NCBI GenBank assembly: GCA_029247465.1
Contig: JAQWLF010000158.1
Coordinates: forward strand, 1-60,035
From: Candidatus Thioglobus sp.
Lineage (GTDB): Bacteria; Pseudomonadota; Gammaproteobacteria; PS1; Pseudothioglobaceae
Direction of reading: 5' to 3'
Length of the DNA stretch: 60,035 nt
A program made the position numbers and the translations under genes. Of the stretch, positions 42,570-52,884 are shown one piece after another (positions within the stretch are counted from its first letter, which is position 1; each line of letters begins with the position of its first letter). The notes beneath the pieces were generated by a model. That model was not told where the DNA came from. It ran no database searches and worked only from the letters and a program-made list of their open reading frames with translations.

Positions 42570-43603
42570 TGAATATTAAGATTGGAATTATTGGTGGCTC
42601 TGGATACACTGGAGTTGAACTTTTGCGTATCCTTCACCAGCATCCAAATGCCGAAGTTACTGTAATTACCTCTAGGGCACTTCAAGGAAAAAAGATTTCT
42701 GAGGTTTTTCCTAATATGGCTGGAATATCAGATTTAGTATATTCATTGCCTGACGATACAGCTTTATTTGACTGTAATATTGTTTTCTTTGCAACACCTC
42801 ATGGCGTCGCAATGAATAGCTCTGAATCTTTCCTTGACAAAGGAATAAAGGTTATTGACTTAGGTGCTGATTTCAGAATTAATGATGCAGGTCTCTGGTC
42901 TCAATGGTACAACATGGAGCACTCTCAAAGCGCTCTCTTAGAAGAGGCGGTCTATGGCCAACCTGAGACAAGAAGAGATGCCATTAAGGAAGCACGCCTA
43001 ATTGCCAATCCTGGCTGTTACTCTACAGCAGTCCTTTTAGCTTTAAAACCGCTTCTAGAGAATCATTTAATTGACACCTCAAATATTATTGCTGACTGTA
43101 AATCTGGAGCTAGCGGCGCTGGACGAATCGCAAACCAAGCAATGCTTCTGTGCGAGGCATCAGAAAGCTTTAAGGCTTATGGCGTTAGTGGTCATCGACA
43201 CTTTCCTGAAATAAAACAAGAACTCGAGCTTATGGCGGGAGAGTCAGTTGGACTAACTTTTGTTCCTCACCTTCTCCCTATGATTCGAGGAATTGAAGCT
43301 ACAATTTATGTTGACCTGCTTGATTCAAGTGTTGACGTTCAACCTTATTTCGAAAACGCCTACAAAAACGAAGAATTTGTTAAAATACTGCCTAAGGGCA
43401 CTTATCCTGAAACACGCTCGGTTAAGTCGTCAAACTATTGCCAAATTGCAGTTCAGTATGTTGAACACAGCAATAAACTTGTAATTATGTCTGTAATTGA
43501 CAACCTAGTTAAGGGGGCCGCGGGCCAAGCCATTCAAAATATGAACCTAATGTTTGGTCTTAAGGAACAGGAAGGTCTTTCACAGATTGGTTTACTACCT
43601 TAA
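42569..43603 (+). CDS. argC: N-acetyl-gamma-glutamyl-phosphate reductase
   Basis: GGSGYTG, ANPGCY, SGASGAG, DNLVKGAAGQA. Confidence 0.98.
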   Translation: MNIKIGIIGGSGYTGVELLRILHQHPNAEVTVITSRALQGKKISEVFPNMAGISDLVYSLPDDTALFDCNIVFFATPHGVAMNSSESFLDKGIKVIDLGADFRINDAGLWSQWYNMEHSQSALLEEAVYGQPETRRDAIKEARLIANPGCYSTAVLLALKPLLENHLIDTSNIIADCKSGASGAGRIANQAMLLCEASESFKAYGVSGHRHFPEIKQELELMAGESVGLTFVPHLLPMIRGIEATIYVDLLDSSVDVQPYFENAYKNEEFVKILPKGTYPETRSVKSSNYCQIAVQYVEHSNKLVIMSVIDNLVKGAAGQAIQNMNLMFGLKEQEGLSQIGLLP

Positions 43604-43636
43604 TGGTGGTTTTTATAATATGAAATTTTTTGGAGT

Positions 43637-43996
43637 ATGAACATGGACGCTGCTGAAATTCAAGATGAAGCTGATATAATTTTCAGTGATAGTGCAGCAA
43701 ACAGAGTTGCGCAACTCATCAAAGAAGAAAAAAACCCCGCATTAAGATTGCGTGTCTATATTACAGGTGGAGGTTGCTCTGGCTTCTCTTATGGCTTTAG
43801 CTTTGATGAGAACCTCAAAGAAGGAGATAGTGGTGTTAATAAACAAGGTGTAGAACTAGTTATCGATCCAATGAGTTATCAATACCTTATGGGCTCAACA
43901 GTAGACTACTTGGAGGACCTTCAAGGCTCTCGTTTTATTGTTAGCAATCCGAATGCCAAAACCACCTGTGGTTGTGGCTCTTCCTTTTCAATTTAA
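43637..43996 (+). CDS. erpA: Fe-S cluster insertion protein ErpA
   Basis: [20 protein letters not shown]; argC-erpA adjacency. Confidence 0.95.
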   Translation: MNMDAAEIQDEADIIFSDSAANRVAQLIKEEKNPALRLRVYITGGGCSGFSYGFSFDENLKEGDSGVNKQGVELVIDPMSYQYLMGSTVDYLEDLQGSRFIVSNPNAKTTCGCGSSFSI

Positions 43997-44014
43997 CAAA
44001 ACTAATAATTAATT

Positions 44015-45151
44015 ATGAAAGAATATATACCAGGTTTAGCAGGCGTCCCTGCAACCAAGTCGGCAATTTCCTCAATCGACGGAGAAAAAGGCATACTTGC
44101 CTATAGAGGCTACTCCATACAAGACCTCGTTAAGCACTCATCATTTGAAGAAACTGCGCTTTTATTAATGCAGGGAGAGTTGCCGACTCATACAGAGCTT
44201 TGTGACTTTAAAGATCTTTTACAAAGACGCTATGAGGTAAAGCGCAAAATCCGCCATTTGCTTTGGTCGCTTCCATCAGAAGGACACTCAATGGACGTAC
44301 TTCAAACTGCAATAGCCTCCATGGCCACTTTCTACCCAGGTGCTGGTGCCTCAGAACCAGATTCAGCTTACACTCAAAATGCACTCATAAAGATTATCTC
44401 AAATATGAGTACTTTGGTCGCAATGTGGACTCGTATTAGCAGGGGATACGATCCAATCCCACCAAGCAAAACGATGTCTTATGCTGAAAACTTTATGTAC
44501 ATGTGCTTTGGAGAGGAGTCTGATCCAGAACTTATCAGTCTTTTAGACGCATGCTTAATTTTGCATGCTGAGCATACAATCAATGCCTCAACGTTTTCAA
44601 CAATGGTAACGGCATCTTCACTCGCAAACCCTTTTGCTTCAATTGCCGCAGGAGTTGGAACCCTTGCAGGGCCTTTGCATGGCAATGCAAATGAAAACGT
44701 TCTACTTATGCTTGACGAAATAGGGTCTCCAAAAAATGCGCGTGGCTGGATAGAAGATAGACTCAAAAACAAAAAAGTAATCTGGGGTATGGGTCATCGT
44801 GAATACAAAACAAAAGATCCTCGTGCAACAATTCTTGAGCAAATGATTAAAACTTATATCAACAAATCTGGCTACAATTTATCTGAGCGCTTTGATACAG
44901 CACTTGAAGTCGAAAGCATCTGTGACGAACTATTGTCTCACAAGGGGGTTTATCCAAATGTCGACTTTTACTCGGGTATTCTTTACGCTGAATTATTTAA
45001 ATTTACCAAAGAGCACTTCACCTCAATCTTTGCTATGGCGCGTTCAGCAGGGTGGGTGGCACACTGGCACGAACAAGTGAGTCACAATAAAATCTTTAGA
45101 CCAACGCAAATATACACAGGGAAAGATTTCAGGGACTACCCTGTTAGATAA
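44015..45151 (+). CDS. gltA: Citrate synthase, short (378 aa) type
   Basis: [32 protein letters not shown]; 2-methylcitrate synthase activity not excluded. Confidence 0.88.
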   Translation: MKEYIPGLAGVPATKSAISSIDGEKGILAYRGYSIQDLVKHSSFEETALLLMQGELPTHTELCDFKDLLQRRYEVKRKIRHLLWSLPSEGHSMDVLQTAIASMATFYPGAGASEPDSAYTQNALIKIISNMSTLVAMWTRISRGYDPIPPSKTMSYAENFMYMCFGEESDPELISLLDACLILHAEHTINASTFSTMVTASSLANPFASIAAGVGTLAGPLHGNANENVLLMLDEIGSPKNARGWIEDRLKNKKVIWGMGHREYKTKDPRATILEQMIKTYINKSGYNLSERFDTALEVESICDELLSHKGVYPNVDFYSGILYAELFKFTKEHFTSIFAMARSAGWVAHWHEQVSHNKIFRPTQIYTGKDFRDYPVR

Positions 45152-45153
45152 AC

Positions 45154-45894
45154 ATGGAAAAGACTACACACTTTGGTTTTCAACAGGTTGATGTTGATCA
45201 AAAGCAAGGTTTAGTTAAGGGTGTATTTGACTCAGTTGCGAGCAATTATGATCTTATGAATGACGTTATGTCATTGGGTACGCATCGACTATGGAAAAAT
45301 TATACAATTGCCAGTAGTAATGTTTCTAAGGGCGACAAGGTGCTAGATATCGCTGGTGGAACTGGCGATCTAGCTATCAAATTTAGAAAAAAAGTTGGAG
45401 ACTCTGGGAAAGTTATCTTGTCAGATATTAATGGCTCAATGCTTGAAGAAGGACGCAAAAATCTAATTAATCACGGCGTTATTGATGTTGATTTTATTCA
45501 GGCAAATGCAGAATCACTGCCATTTAAAGATAACACGTTCGATTGCGTAAGCATTGCTTTTGGCTTAAGAAATGTAACCCATAAGAATATTGCTCTTAAA
45601 CAAATGCATAGAGTCTTAAAAAAAGGAGGCTCTTTATTGGTATTAGAGTTCTCTAAAGTTGAAAATGAAATGCTTGAAAAGATATACGATGCATACTCCT
45701 TTAACCTCATACCTAAACTAGGTCAATTCTTTGCAAATGATGAGGATAGCTATCAGTATCTTGCAGAATCAATTCGAAAGCATCCAGATCAAGAAACGCT
45801 TAAAACCATGGCGCTTGACGCTGGATTTGGTTTTTGTGAATATCACAATTTATCTGGTGGCATAGTGGCACTTCATAAAGCAATAAAAACTTAA
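45154..45894 (+). CDS. ubiE: Ubiquinone/menaquinone C-methyltransferase
   Basis: [30 protein letters not shown]. Confidence 0.98.
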   Translation: MEKTTHFGFQQVDVDQKQGLVKGVFDSVASNYDLMNDVMSLGTHRLWKNYTIASSNVSKGDKVLDIAGGTGDLAIKFRKKVGDSGKVILSDINGSMLEEGRKNLINHGVIDVDFIQANAESLPFKDNTFDCVSIAFGLRNVTHKNIALKQMHRVLKKGGSLLVLEFSKVENEMLEKIYDAYSFNLIPKLGQFFANDEDSYQYLAESIRKHPDQETLKTMALDAGFGFCEYHNLSGGIVALHKAIKT

Positions 45895-45898
45895 TAAA

Positions 45899-46417
45899 AT
45901 GTTTCGCCTTGCCATTGAAAAATCTCTAAACCATATGATTAATACCAACAGTATCGATACTGAACGTCTTGATAATAGCCTTATAGGAATCAGTGTTCAT
46001 GATATAGACTTAAAGCTATTTTTCATGTTTGCAAATTCACGTGTTTTTGTCATTGAGAATAATACACAAGATAGCGTCGATGTTGATATTACGCTTAATA
46101 AAAAAGCTTTTTTATCTTTATTTAATGGCGCTTCTTTTGAAGAGCTAATTGAGAGCGACGAAATTGAAATTAATGGCAGCATTAAAACAGCTCAACAATT
46201 AGCAGATTTGATGGCGCTGTCATCAATTGATATTGAGGAACTTATTTCTCAGTATACAGGTGATATTATTGCTCACCAGCTTGGCAAAACCCTCAACGTT
46301 ATTAAAGGAAAATCCATTCAGGATACAGGTGAGATCTTTGAGAACTTTAAAAATGAATTAACCACGCTTTTAGTAGCCCCTAGCAGATCAAAAATTTTTA
46401 AAAATAAGGCGTCCTAG
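45899..46417 (+). CDS. ubiJ: UbiJ-like SCP2-domain protein
   Basis: Between ubiE and ubiB; IEINGS, DIEELISQYTGDIIAH. Confidence 0.8.
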   Translation: MFRLAIEKSLNHMINTNSIDTERLDNSLIGISVHDIDLKLFFMFANSRVFVIENNTQDSVDVDITLNKKAFLSLFNGASFEELIESDEIEINGSIKTAQQLADLMALSSIDIEELISQYTGDIIAHQLGKTLNVIKGKSIQDTGEIFENFKNELTTLLVAPSRSKIFKNKAS

Positions 46418-48022
46418 ATGAGAAGTTTTATTCGTTTTATTAGCATCTCTAGGATTCTTATTCGATACCGACTAGATAATCTTGTTCTATCAACAGCCCT
46501 TCTAAAAAGTTTTAGACCACTAATTTATCTAACGCCATGGCATTATTTCCCATCGAGCAAGCTCTCAAGAGGTGAGAGAATTCGATTGGCGCTAGAGGAA
46601 CTTGGCCCGATCTTTATAAAATTCGGTCAAACTCTATCAACAAGAAGAGACCTTTTGCCAGATGATATAGGGGATGAATTAGCGAAACTTCAAGACAAGT
46701 GCCCACCCTTCCCTGCAAAAGACTCTAAATTAATCATTGAAAAAAGCTTAGGAGAAAGTGCTGACAGTCTTTTTTCCTCGTTTGCCGACGAACCACTTGC
46801 CTCTGCATCCATTGCTCAGGTTCATAGTGCAATCACGCTTGGTGGCGAGGAAATAATCATTAAGGTCGTGCGTCCAGGAATTAAAAAACAAATAAAGCGT
46901 GATGTACGCTTACTATATGCCTTTGCTCGCTTAGCCGAAAAACATCCTGACGGCAAAAGGCTTCGCCCACAGGAGGCAGTTGCAGAATTTGAGCGTATCA
47001 TTTACAAAGAACTGAATATGATGACCGAGGCTGCAAACGCCTCATTACTAAGAAAAAACTTTAGTGATTCAAACCTCTTATATGTACCGAAAGTCCACTG
47101 GGACCTCTGCCGTTCAAATATATTGGTTACCGAGCGTATTTATGGAACACCTATTAGCAATGTTGATGCGTTAAAAAAGAATAAAACAGACCTTAAGATG
47201 CTTGCTGAAAATGGTGTAGTAATTTTCTTTACTCAGGTTTTTGAACATAATTTTTTCCATGCCGACATGCATCCCGGCAATATTTTTGTTGGTAAAAACG
47301 ATCAATATATTGGTGTGGATTTTGGCATTATGGGAACCTTGAGTGACGCCGACCAGTATTATCTTGCACAAAACTTTTTAGCGTTCTTTAATCAAGACTA
47401 TAAGAGAGTTGCTCAGGTTCACCTTGAGTCGGGATGGGTGCCTGAAGGAACTAATGTTTTAGAGTTTGAAAACGCCATTAGAAGTGTTTGTGAGCCAATA
47501 TTTCAAAAGCCTTTGAGTGAAATTTCTTTTGGTCAAGTGTTATTGAGCCTATTAAAAGAAGCCAAGCGCTTTGATATGTCAATCCAACCTCAATTGCTAC
47601 TACTAGACAAGACGCTTCTAAATATAGAGGGCTTGGGTCGAACACTATATCCGGATCTCGATCTTTGGGCAACTGCAAAACCGTTCCTAGAAAAACTAGC
47701 CAAAGATAAATATAGCTTAAAGAATTCTATCAAAAAAATCTCAGATCAACTACCTGAACTTATTGCAGAATTGCCACAGCTTCCTATGCTAACCATTAAC
47801 GCTTTAAAGCAAATTGAAAGCGGCAACCTTCATCAAGAGGCTGCAAAAAAACAAACAGATGCTATCATCGCTCAGCTTCGAGAAAACTCATCTAAACAGC
47901 GCGCGGTCATAGCTGCTTCTGCTCTACTTATACTTGCGGGAGTGTTGTCGACTCAGTCGCTTTGGATATTTGCAGGTGTTAGTGCAGCACTGAGCTTTCT
48001 TTTTTGGCTCAAGTCACGCTAA
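46418..48022 (+). CDS. ubiB: Ubiquinone biosynthesis kinase-like protein
   Basis: LGPIFIKFGQ, ASASIAQVH, FFHADMHPGN, DFGIMG. Confidence 0.98.
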   Translation: MRSFIRFISISRILIRYRLDNLVLSTALLKSFRPLIYLTPWHYFPSSKLSRGERIRLALEELGPIFIKFGQTLSTRRDLLPDDIGDELAKLQDKCPPFPAKDSKLIIEKSLGESADSLFSSFADEPLASASIAQVHSAITLGGEEIIIKVVRPGIKKQIKRDVRLLYAFARLAEKHPDGKRLRPQEAVAEFERIIYKELNMMTEAANASLLRKNFSDSNLLYVPKVHWDLCRSNILVTERIYGTPISNVDALKKNKTDLKMLAENGVVIFFTQVFEHNFFHADMHPGNIFVGKNDQYIGVDFGIMGTLSDADQYYLAQNFLAFFNQDYKRVAQVHLESGWVPEGTNVLEFENAIRSVCEPIFQKPLSEISFGQVLLSLLKEAKRFDMSIQPQLLLLDKTLLNIEGLGRTLYPDLDLWATAKPFLEKLAKDKYSLKNSIKKISDQLPELIAELPQLPMLTINALKQIESGNLHQEAAKKQTDAIIAQLRENSSKQRAVIAASALLILAGVLSTQSLWIFAGVSAALSFLFWLKSR

Positions 48023-48032
48023 AAGAAGATTA

Positions 48033-48061
48033 GAGACAAGGGAAAAAAAATCGGGTAAAAT
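48033..48061 (+). promoter_or_regulatory. Sigma70-like promoter of rplY
   Basis: GAGACA, 17 nt, TAAAAT immediately before the hairpin leader. Confidence 0.45.
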
Positions 48062-48069
48062 ACCCTCCA

Positions 48070-48120
48070 GCCTATCTGGTCGCAAGATGGGCAGCATTAG
48101 CTGCATCACTTAACGTGGTG
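48070..48120 (+). promoter_or_regulatory. rplY (L25) structured 5' leader
   Basis: Three consecutive hairpins: CCTATCT-GGTCGCA-AGATGGG, GCAGC-ATTA-GCTGC, CATCAC-TTAAC-GTGGTG; consistent with gammaproteobacterial L25 autoregulatory leaders. Confidence 0.6.
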
Positions 48121-48146
48121 TTTTTTCATTTATTGGAGAACTCAAA

Positions 48147-48851
48147 ATGAGTATAACTGTAAACGCCTTTGTGCGTGAAGACCAGGGGAAAGGTGCGAGC
48201 CGCCGCCTGAGAAAAGAAGAAAAGGTACCTAGCATTGTCTATGGTGGAACTAAAGAGCCGCTAATGATTTCGCTAAACATTCATGAAATTACTCACCTAC
48301 TAGAAGATGAAAATACTTTCACTTCTGTTTTAGACCTAGTGGTGGGAAAATCAAAAGACTCTGTTGTTATCAAAGATATACAGCGCCACCCAGCAAAAAA
48401 CACTGTTTTTCATGTAGATTTTTTGCGTGTTGATGCAAAACATGCTCTGATTACAACTACGCCACTCCACTTTATTGGAGTGGAAGAGAATGAGGCCATA
48501 AGGCTTGGCAACATGCTAAATCAATTTGTTGTTTCTATTGAGATATCATGCTTACCACAAGACTTACCTCACGGTATTAATGTAGATGTTACAAACCTTG
48601 AACTTGGTGAGCACCTTACATTAACTGATCTTATATTGCCAGAAGGGGTTATTATTACTTCTCTTCAACATGAGGATATTGAAGCCCATGATCAAACTGT
48701 CTGTTCTGTTTCTGAGCCTAAGCTTATAGCTGAAGAGGAGGAAGAGGAAGAGGAGGAAGAGGGCTTAGAATCTGATGATTCTGAAGCAGATGGTGAAGAC
48801 CAATCTGAAGGCTCTGATGACTCAAAAGACGGTGACTCAGAAGAAGAGTAA
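48147..48851 (+). CDS. rplY: 50S ribosomal protein L25/general stress protein Ctc
   Basis: GKGASRRLR, IVYGG, QRHP, HVDF; TL5-type C-domain and long Glu/Asp tail. Confidence 0.97.
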   Translation: MSITVNAFVREDQGKGASRRLRKEEKVPSIVYGGTKEPLMISLNIHEITHLLEDENTFTSVLDLVVGKSKDSVVIKDIQRHPAKNTVFHVDFLRVDAKHALITTTPLHFIGVEENEAIRLGNMLNQFVVSIEISCLPQDLPHGINVDVTNLELGEHLTLTDLILPEGVIITSLQHEDIEAHDQTVCSVSEPKLIAEEEEEEEEEEGLESDDSEADGEDQSEGSDDSKDGDSEEE

Positions 48852-48900
48852 AATGTGGCTAGTCTTATTGACTCAATAAGTATATAAACGAAGCGTTGTA

Positions 48901-49467
48901 ATGATTAAACTAATTGTTGGACTGGGAAACCCAGGAAAGGATTATCAAACACATCGTCACAACGCGGGCTTTTGGTTTATTGAGTCTTTGGCAGCCAATT
49001 TAGGGTCAAAATTTAGTGCGCAATCAAAGTTTTTAGGTGAAGCTTGTGCGATACATTATGGTGTTATAAAGATCTACCTTCTAAAGCCGCAGAATTTTAT
49101 GAATAACTCGGGCGGCGCTATAAAAAGCCTCTCAACTTACTACAATATTAAGCCTGAAGAAATTTTAGTGATCCATGACGAACTTGACCTTCCTGCTGGC
49201 TCAGTCAAACTAAAAATGGGTGGTGGCCATGGTGGGCATAATGGCCTGAGAGACACAATTAAGGCGCTCAATACAAATAACTTTTATCGCTTAAGGATTG
49301 GGATTGGACACCCAGGTACTAAAAATGACGTTGTGGACTTTGTATTAAACACACCAGGTAATTCTGAGATGTTATTAATCGAACAGGGTATGGCAGATGC
49401 AATGGGGGTTATTGAGTCTCTTGCAAATGGAGATTTTGAAGAGTCTATGAAACGCCTGCACACATAA
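48901..49467 (+). CDS. pth: Peptidyl-tRNA hydrolase
   Basis: VGLGNPG, RHNAGF, MNNSG, HDELD, GGHNGL, RLRIGIGHP. Confidence 0.98.
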   Translation: MIKLIVGLGNPGKDYQTHRHNAGFWFIESLAANLGSKFSAQSKFLGEACAIHYGVIKIYLLKPQNFMNNSGGAIKSLSTYYNIKPEEILVIHDELDLPAGSVKLKMGGGHGGHNGLRDTIKALNTNNFYRLRIGIGHPGTKNDVVDFVLNTPGNSEMLLIEQGMADAMGVIESLANGDFEESMKRLHT

Positions 49468-49482
49468 TAATGGAGTAACTTC

Positions 49483-50574
49483 ATGGGATTTAAATGTGGC
49501 ATTGTAGGCCTTCCAAATGTTGGCAAATCAACTCTTTTTAATGCACTAACCAAGGCTGGAATAGATTCAGCAAACTATCCTTTTTGCACCATTGAGCCCA
49601 ATATTGGAATTGTCCCGGTCAATGATTCTAGGCTACAGAGTCTTGCAAATATTGTCTCTCCAGAGAAAATTTTACCAACTACAATGGAGTTTGTTGACAT
49701 TGCCGGGCTCGTTGAAGGTGCCTCAAAAGGTGAAGGGCTGGGCAATCAATTTCTATCGAATATTCGCGAGACTGATGCAATACTCCACGTAGTTCGATGC
49801 TTTGAAAATGATGACATTATTCATGTATCAGGAAAAGTTAGTCCTATTGATGATGTTGAAATCATCAATACTGAGCTCGCATTAGCAGACCTTTATACAG
49901 CTGAAAAAGCTTACCAAAAAGCCGTTAAAAACTCTAAATCAGGGCAAAAAGAAGGGTTACCATTAAAAAACCTGCTTGAAAAAATTCTTCCAATACTAGA
50001 ACAAGGACATGCTGTTAGGTCGCTCGAGTATAACGAGGAAGAACAAAAGCTGATAAAGGGATTGCAGCTTCTTACATCAAAGCCTGTTCTTTATGTTGGC
50101 AATGTCAATGAAAGCGGCTTTACTAATAACTCACATTTGACAAAATTATTAGATTATGCAAATAATGAAAATAGTCAAGTTGTTGCTATTTGTGCAAATA
50201 TAGAAGCTGAAATTGCAGAGCTTGATGATGAAGATAAGCAAGGATTTTTAGAAGACATGGGTCAAGCTGAATCTGGACTTGATCGCTTGATTAATGCAGG
50301 TTACTCTTTGCTTGGACTACAAACATACTTTACCGCTGGAGTTAAAGAAGTTAGAGCATGGACAATTAACATTGGGGATTCAGCACCAGTTGCAGCAGGT
50401 AAAATTCATGGTGACTTTGAAAAGGGCTTTATAAGAGCAGAAACGATTTCATTTGACGACTTTATTGAAAATAAAGGTGAAAAAGGAGCTAAAGATGCAG
50501 GTAAATTACGCTCCGAAGGAAAAGAATACATTGTCAAAGATGGTGATGTAGTTCATTTTTTATTTAATGTCTAA
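49483..50574 (+). CDS. ychF: Ribosome-binding ATPase YchF
   Basis: [33 protein letters not shown]. Confidence 0.99.
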   Translation: MGFKCGIVGLPNVGKSTLFNALTKAGIDSANYPFCTIEPNIGIVPVNDSRLQSLANIVSPEKILPTTMEFVDIAGLVEGASKGEGLGNQFLSNIRETDAILHVVRCFENDDIIHVSGKVSPIDDVEIINTELALADLYTAEKAYQKAVKNSKSGQKEGLPLKNLLEKILPILEQGHAVRSLEYNEEEQKLIKGLQLLTSKPVLYVGNVNESGFTNNSHLTKLLDYANNENSQVVAICANIEAEIAELDDEDKQGFLEDMGQAESGLDRLINAGYSLLGLQTYFTAGVKEVRAWTINIGDSAPVAAGKIHGDFEKGFIRAETISFDDFIENKGEKGAKDAGKLRSEGKEYIVKDGDVVHFLFNV

Positions 50575-50588
50575 ACATTAATTTAATA

Positions 50589-52121
50589 ATGCAAAACACA
50601 AAATTATTGTTAATTTTAGATGGATGGGGGTACTCTCCATCCGCTGAAAACAATGCTATTGCATTGGCTAATACACCTAACTGGGATCACCTAGTAACTA
50701 AATATCCTAATACTTTAATAGGCACATCTGGAGCAAGTGTTGGGCTTCCTGATGGGCAAATGGGAAATTCCGAAGTGGGTCACTTAACCATCGGATCTGG
50801 ACGACTTATTGATCAAGACTTTACAAGAATTGAAAATGATATTGAAAATGGTAAATTCTTTAAAAATGGCTCTCTATGTCACACTTTAGAGGATACAAAT
50901 AAAAATGATAAGGCCGTTCACATTCTTGGACTTTTATCGGATGGAGGTGTTCATTCTCATCAAAACCACATACATGCAGTTTTAGAACTAGCAAAGCAAC
51001 AAGGCTGCAAACAGGTCTATTTTCATGTCATTACTGATGGTCGTGATACGCCTCCAAATAGTGCGGGAGACTTTGTTGAAATTTTAGAGGCAAAAATAAA
51101 TGAACTACAGATTGGTAGGATTGTTTCTGTAGTAGGGCGCTTCTATGCTATGGACAGGGATAATCGATGGGAGAGAGTTTCAAAGGCCTATCACTTAATA
51201 GCGAATGGAAAAAGTGAGAGACAGGCAGATTCTCCAATAAGTGCAATTCAAATGGCTTATGAAGCAGGTGAAACTGATGAATTTATTGCGCCTACAACTG
51301 TTGGTGAGTCGGTTATGATTAATGAAGGTGACGCTGTAATTTTTATGAATTATCGTGCTGATCGTGCTAGGGAAATCACTCAGGCATTGACTTCGAATAC
51401 CTTTCAAGAGTTTGAGAGAGAATCATTTAAAGTAACTAATTTTATCTGTCTCACAGAATATAAGAAAGACTTTAATCTAGAGTGCGCATATCCACCAATT
51501 ACAGTTGTTAATACGCTAGGCTACTATTTGTCGAGCCTTGGTTTAAAACAACTAAGAATTGCTGAAACTGAAAAATATGCTCATGTAACGTTCTTCTTTA
51601 ATGGCGGCGTTGAAGCGCAACTTGCTGGAGAAGAAAGAAAACTTATTCAATCCCCAGATGTTAAAACTTATGACTTAAAACCAGAAATGAGTGCATATGA
51701 ATTAACTGATAATCTAGTTCGGGAGATTAAGTCAAATCAATACAGCTTAATAGTTTGTAATTTCGCCAACGCCGACATGGTAGGTCATAGTGGCAAACTT
51801 AAGGCGGCAATTATGGCGGTTGAGGCTGTAGATAATTGTCTAGGAAAAATTTATCAAACTGGCCTCGATACTGACACCGAAATACTTGTTACTGCTGACC
51901 ATGGAAATGTTGAACAAATGATTGATCCAAAAACAGATAAAAACCATACTGCTCATACAACAAACCCCGTGCCATTAGTTTATATTGGGAAAAGGAAAGT
52001 TTCCCTATTAGAGCCTCTTGTTGGTACACTTGCCGATATAGCGCCTACATTATTAGCACTTATGGATATTGAAAAACCAAAAGAAATGACAGGCCAAAGC
52101 CTTATAAAAGATCAAAAATAA
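50589..52121 (+). CDS. gpmI: 2,3-bisphosphoglycerate-independent phosphoglycerate mutase
   Basis: ILDGWG, GNSEVGH, DGRDT, AETEKYAHVT, DMVGH, TADHGN. Confidence 0.98.
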   Translation: MQNTKLLLILDGWGYSPSAENNAIALANTPNWDHLVTKYPNTLIGTSGASVGLPDGQMGNSEVGHLTIGSGRLIDQDFTRIENDIENGKFFKNGSLCHTLEDTNKNDKAVHILGLLSDGGVHSHQNHIHAVLELAKQQGCKQVYFHVITDGRDTPPNSAGDFVEILEAKINELQIGRIVSVVGRFYAMDRDNRWERVSKAYHLIANGKSERQADSPISAIQMAYEAGETDEFIAPTTVGESVMINEGDAVIFMNYRADRAREITQALTSNTFQEFERESFKVTNFICLTEYKKDFNLECAYPPITVVNTLGYYLSSLGLKQLRIAETEKYAHVTFFFNGGVEAQLAGEERKLIQSPDVKTYDLKPEMSAYELTDNLVREIKSNQYSLIVCNFANADMVGHSGKLKAAIMAVEAVDNCLGKIYQTGLDTDTEILVTADHGNVEQMIDPKTDKNHTAHTTNPVPLVYIGKRKVSLLEPLVGTLADIAPTLLALMDIEKPKEMTGQSLIKDQK

Positions 52122-52133
52122 ACGGAGAACACC

Positions 52134-52808
52134 ATGAAGCAACAGAATTTTATAGCCCCCTCAATACTTTCAGCAGACTTCGCTAAGCTTGGCGAAGAGG
52201 TAGACAACGTTCTAGTCTCTGGTGCTGATATTGTTCATTTTGATGTGATGGATAATCACTATGTCCCAAATCTAACAATTGGCCCCTTGGTTTGTGATGC
52301 TCTAAGAAGTCATGGGGTTACTGCGCCAATTGATGTCCACTTAATGGTAAAGCCAGTTGACAGAATCATTCCTGATTTTGCAAAAGCAGGAGCCTCTTAT
52401 ATTACTTTCCATCCAGAGGCATCTGAACATATAGACCGTACAATTGGCCTCATAAAAGAAAGCGGATGTAAGGCGGGCTTAGTGTTTAACCCAGCAACGT
52501 CACTTCATTACCTTGAGCATGTCATTGAGCAACTAGACATGGTTTTATTGATGTCTGTAAACCCAGGTTTTGGTGGCCAGTCTTTTATTCCCTCTTCACT
52601 AGAAAAACTTAGGGTTGTTCGAAAAATGATTGATGACAGGAATCTTAGTACAAGGCTAGAAATTGATGGTGGAGTAAAAACCAATAATATCAGAGAGATT
52701 GCCTCAGCAGGAGCCGATACATTTGTTGCTGGTTCTGCAATTTTTAATACTGAAAATTACAAGTCAACAATTGACGAAATGCGTTCAGAGCTTGCCTTGG
52801 CAGTTTAA
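52134..52808 (+). CDS. rpe: Ribulose-phosphate 3-epimerase
   Basis: [29 protein letters not shown]. Confidence 0.98.
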   Translation: MKQQNFIAPSILSADFAKLGEEVDNVLVSGADIVHFDVMDNHYVPNLTIGPLVCDALRSHGVTAPIDVHLMVKPVDRIIPDFAKAGASYITFHPEASEHIDRTIGLIKESGCKAGLVFNPATSLHYLEHVIEQLDMVLLMSVNPGFGGQSFIPSSLEKLRVVRKMIDDRNLSTRLEIDGGVKTNNIREIASAGADTFVAGSAIFNTENYKSTIDEMRSELALAV

Positions 52809-52848
52809 GTTTTAAAAGGAAATTTAAAACCACTTAGCATCCATTTGT

Positions 52849-52871
52849 GAGAAAATATTCTCTCTTTTTTT
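52849..52871 (+). terminator. Weak intrinsic terminator candidate after rpe
   Basis: GAGAA-AATA-TTCTC stem followed by TC and a T7 run; a second hairpin GTTTTAAA/TTTAAAAC at 52809-52830. Confidence 0.3.
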
Positions 52872-52884
52872 AATCTGAGCGTTT

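Noticed and set aside
52809-52884. SAM-II or SAM-V riboswitch before the MetY-like gene
   Set aside because: Expected by context, but the 76-nt spacer lacks the conserved core and pseudoknot; only AT-rich hairpins.
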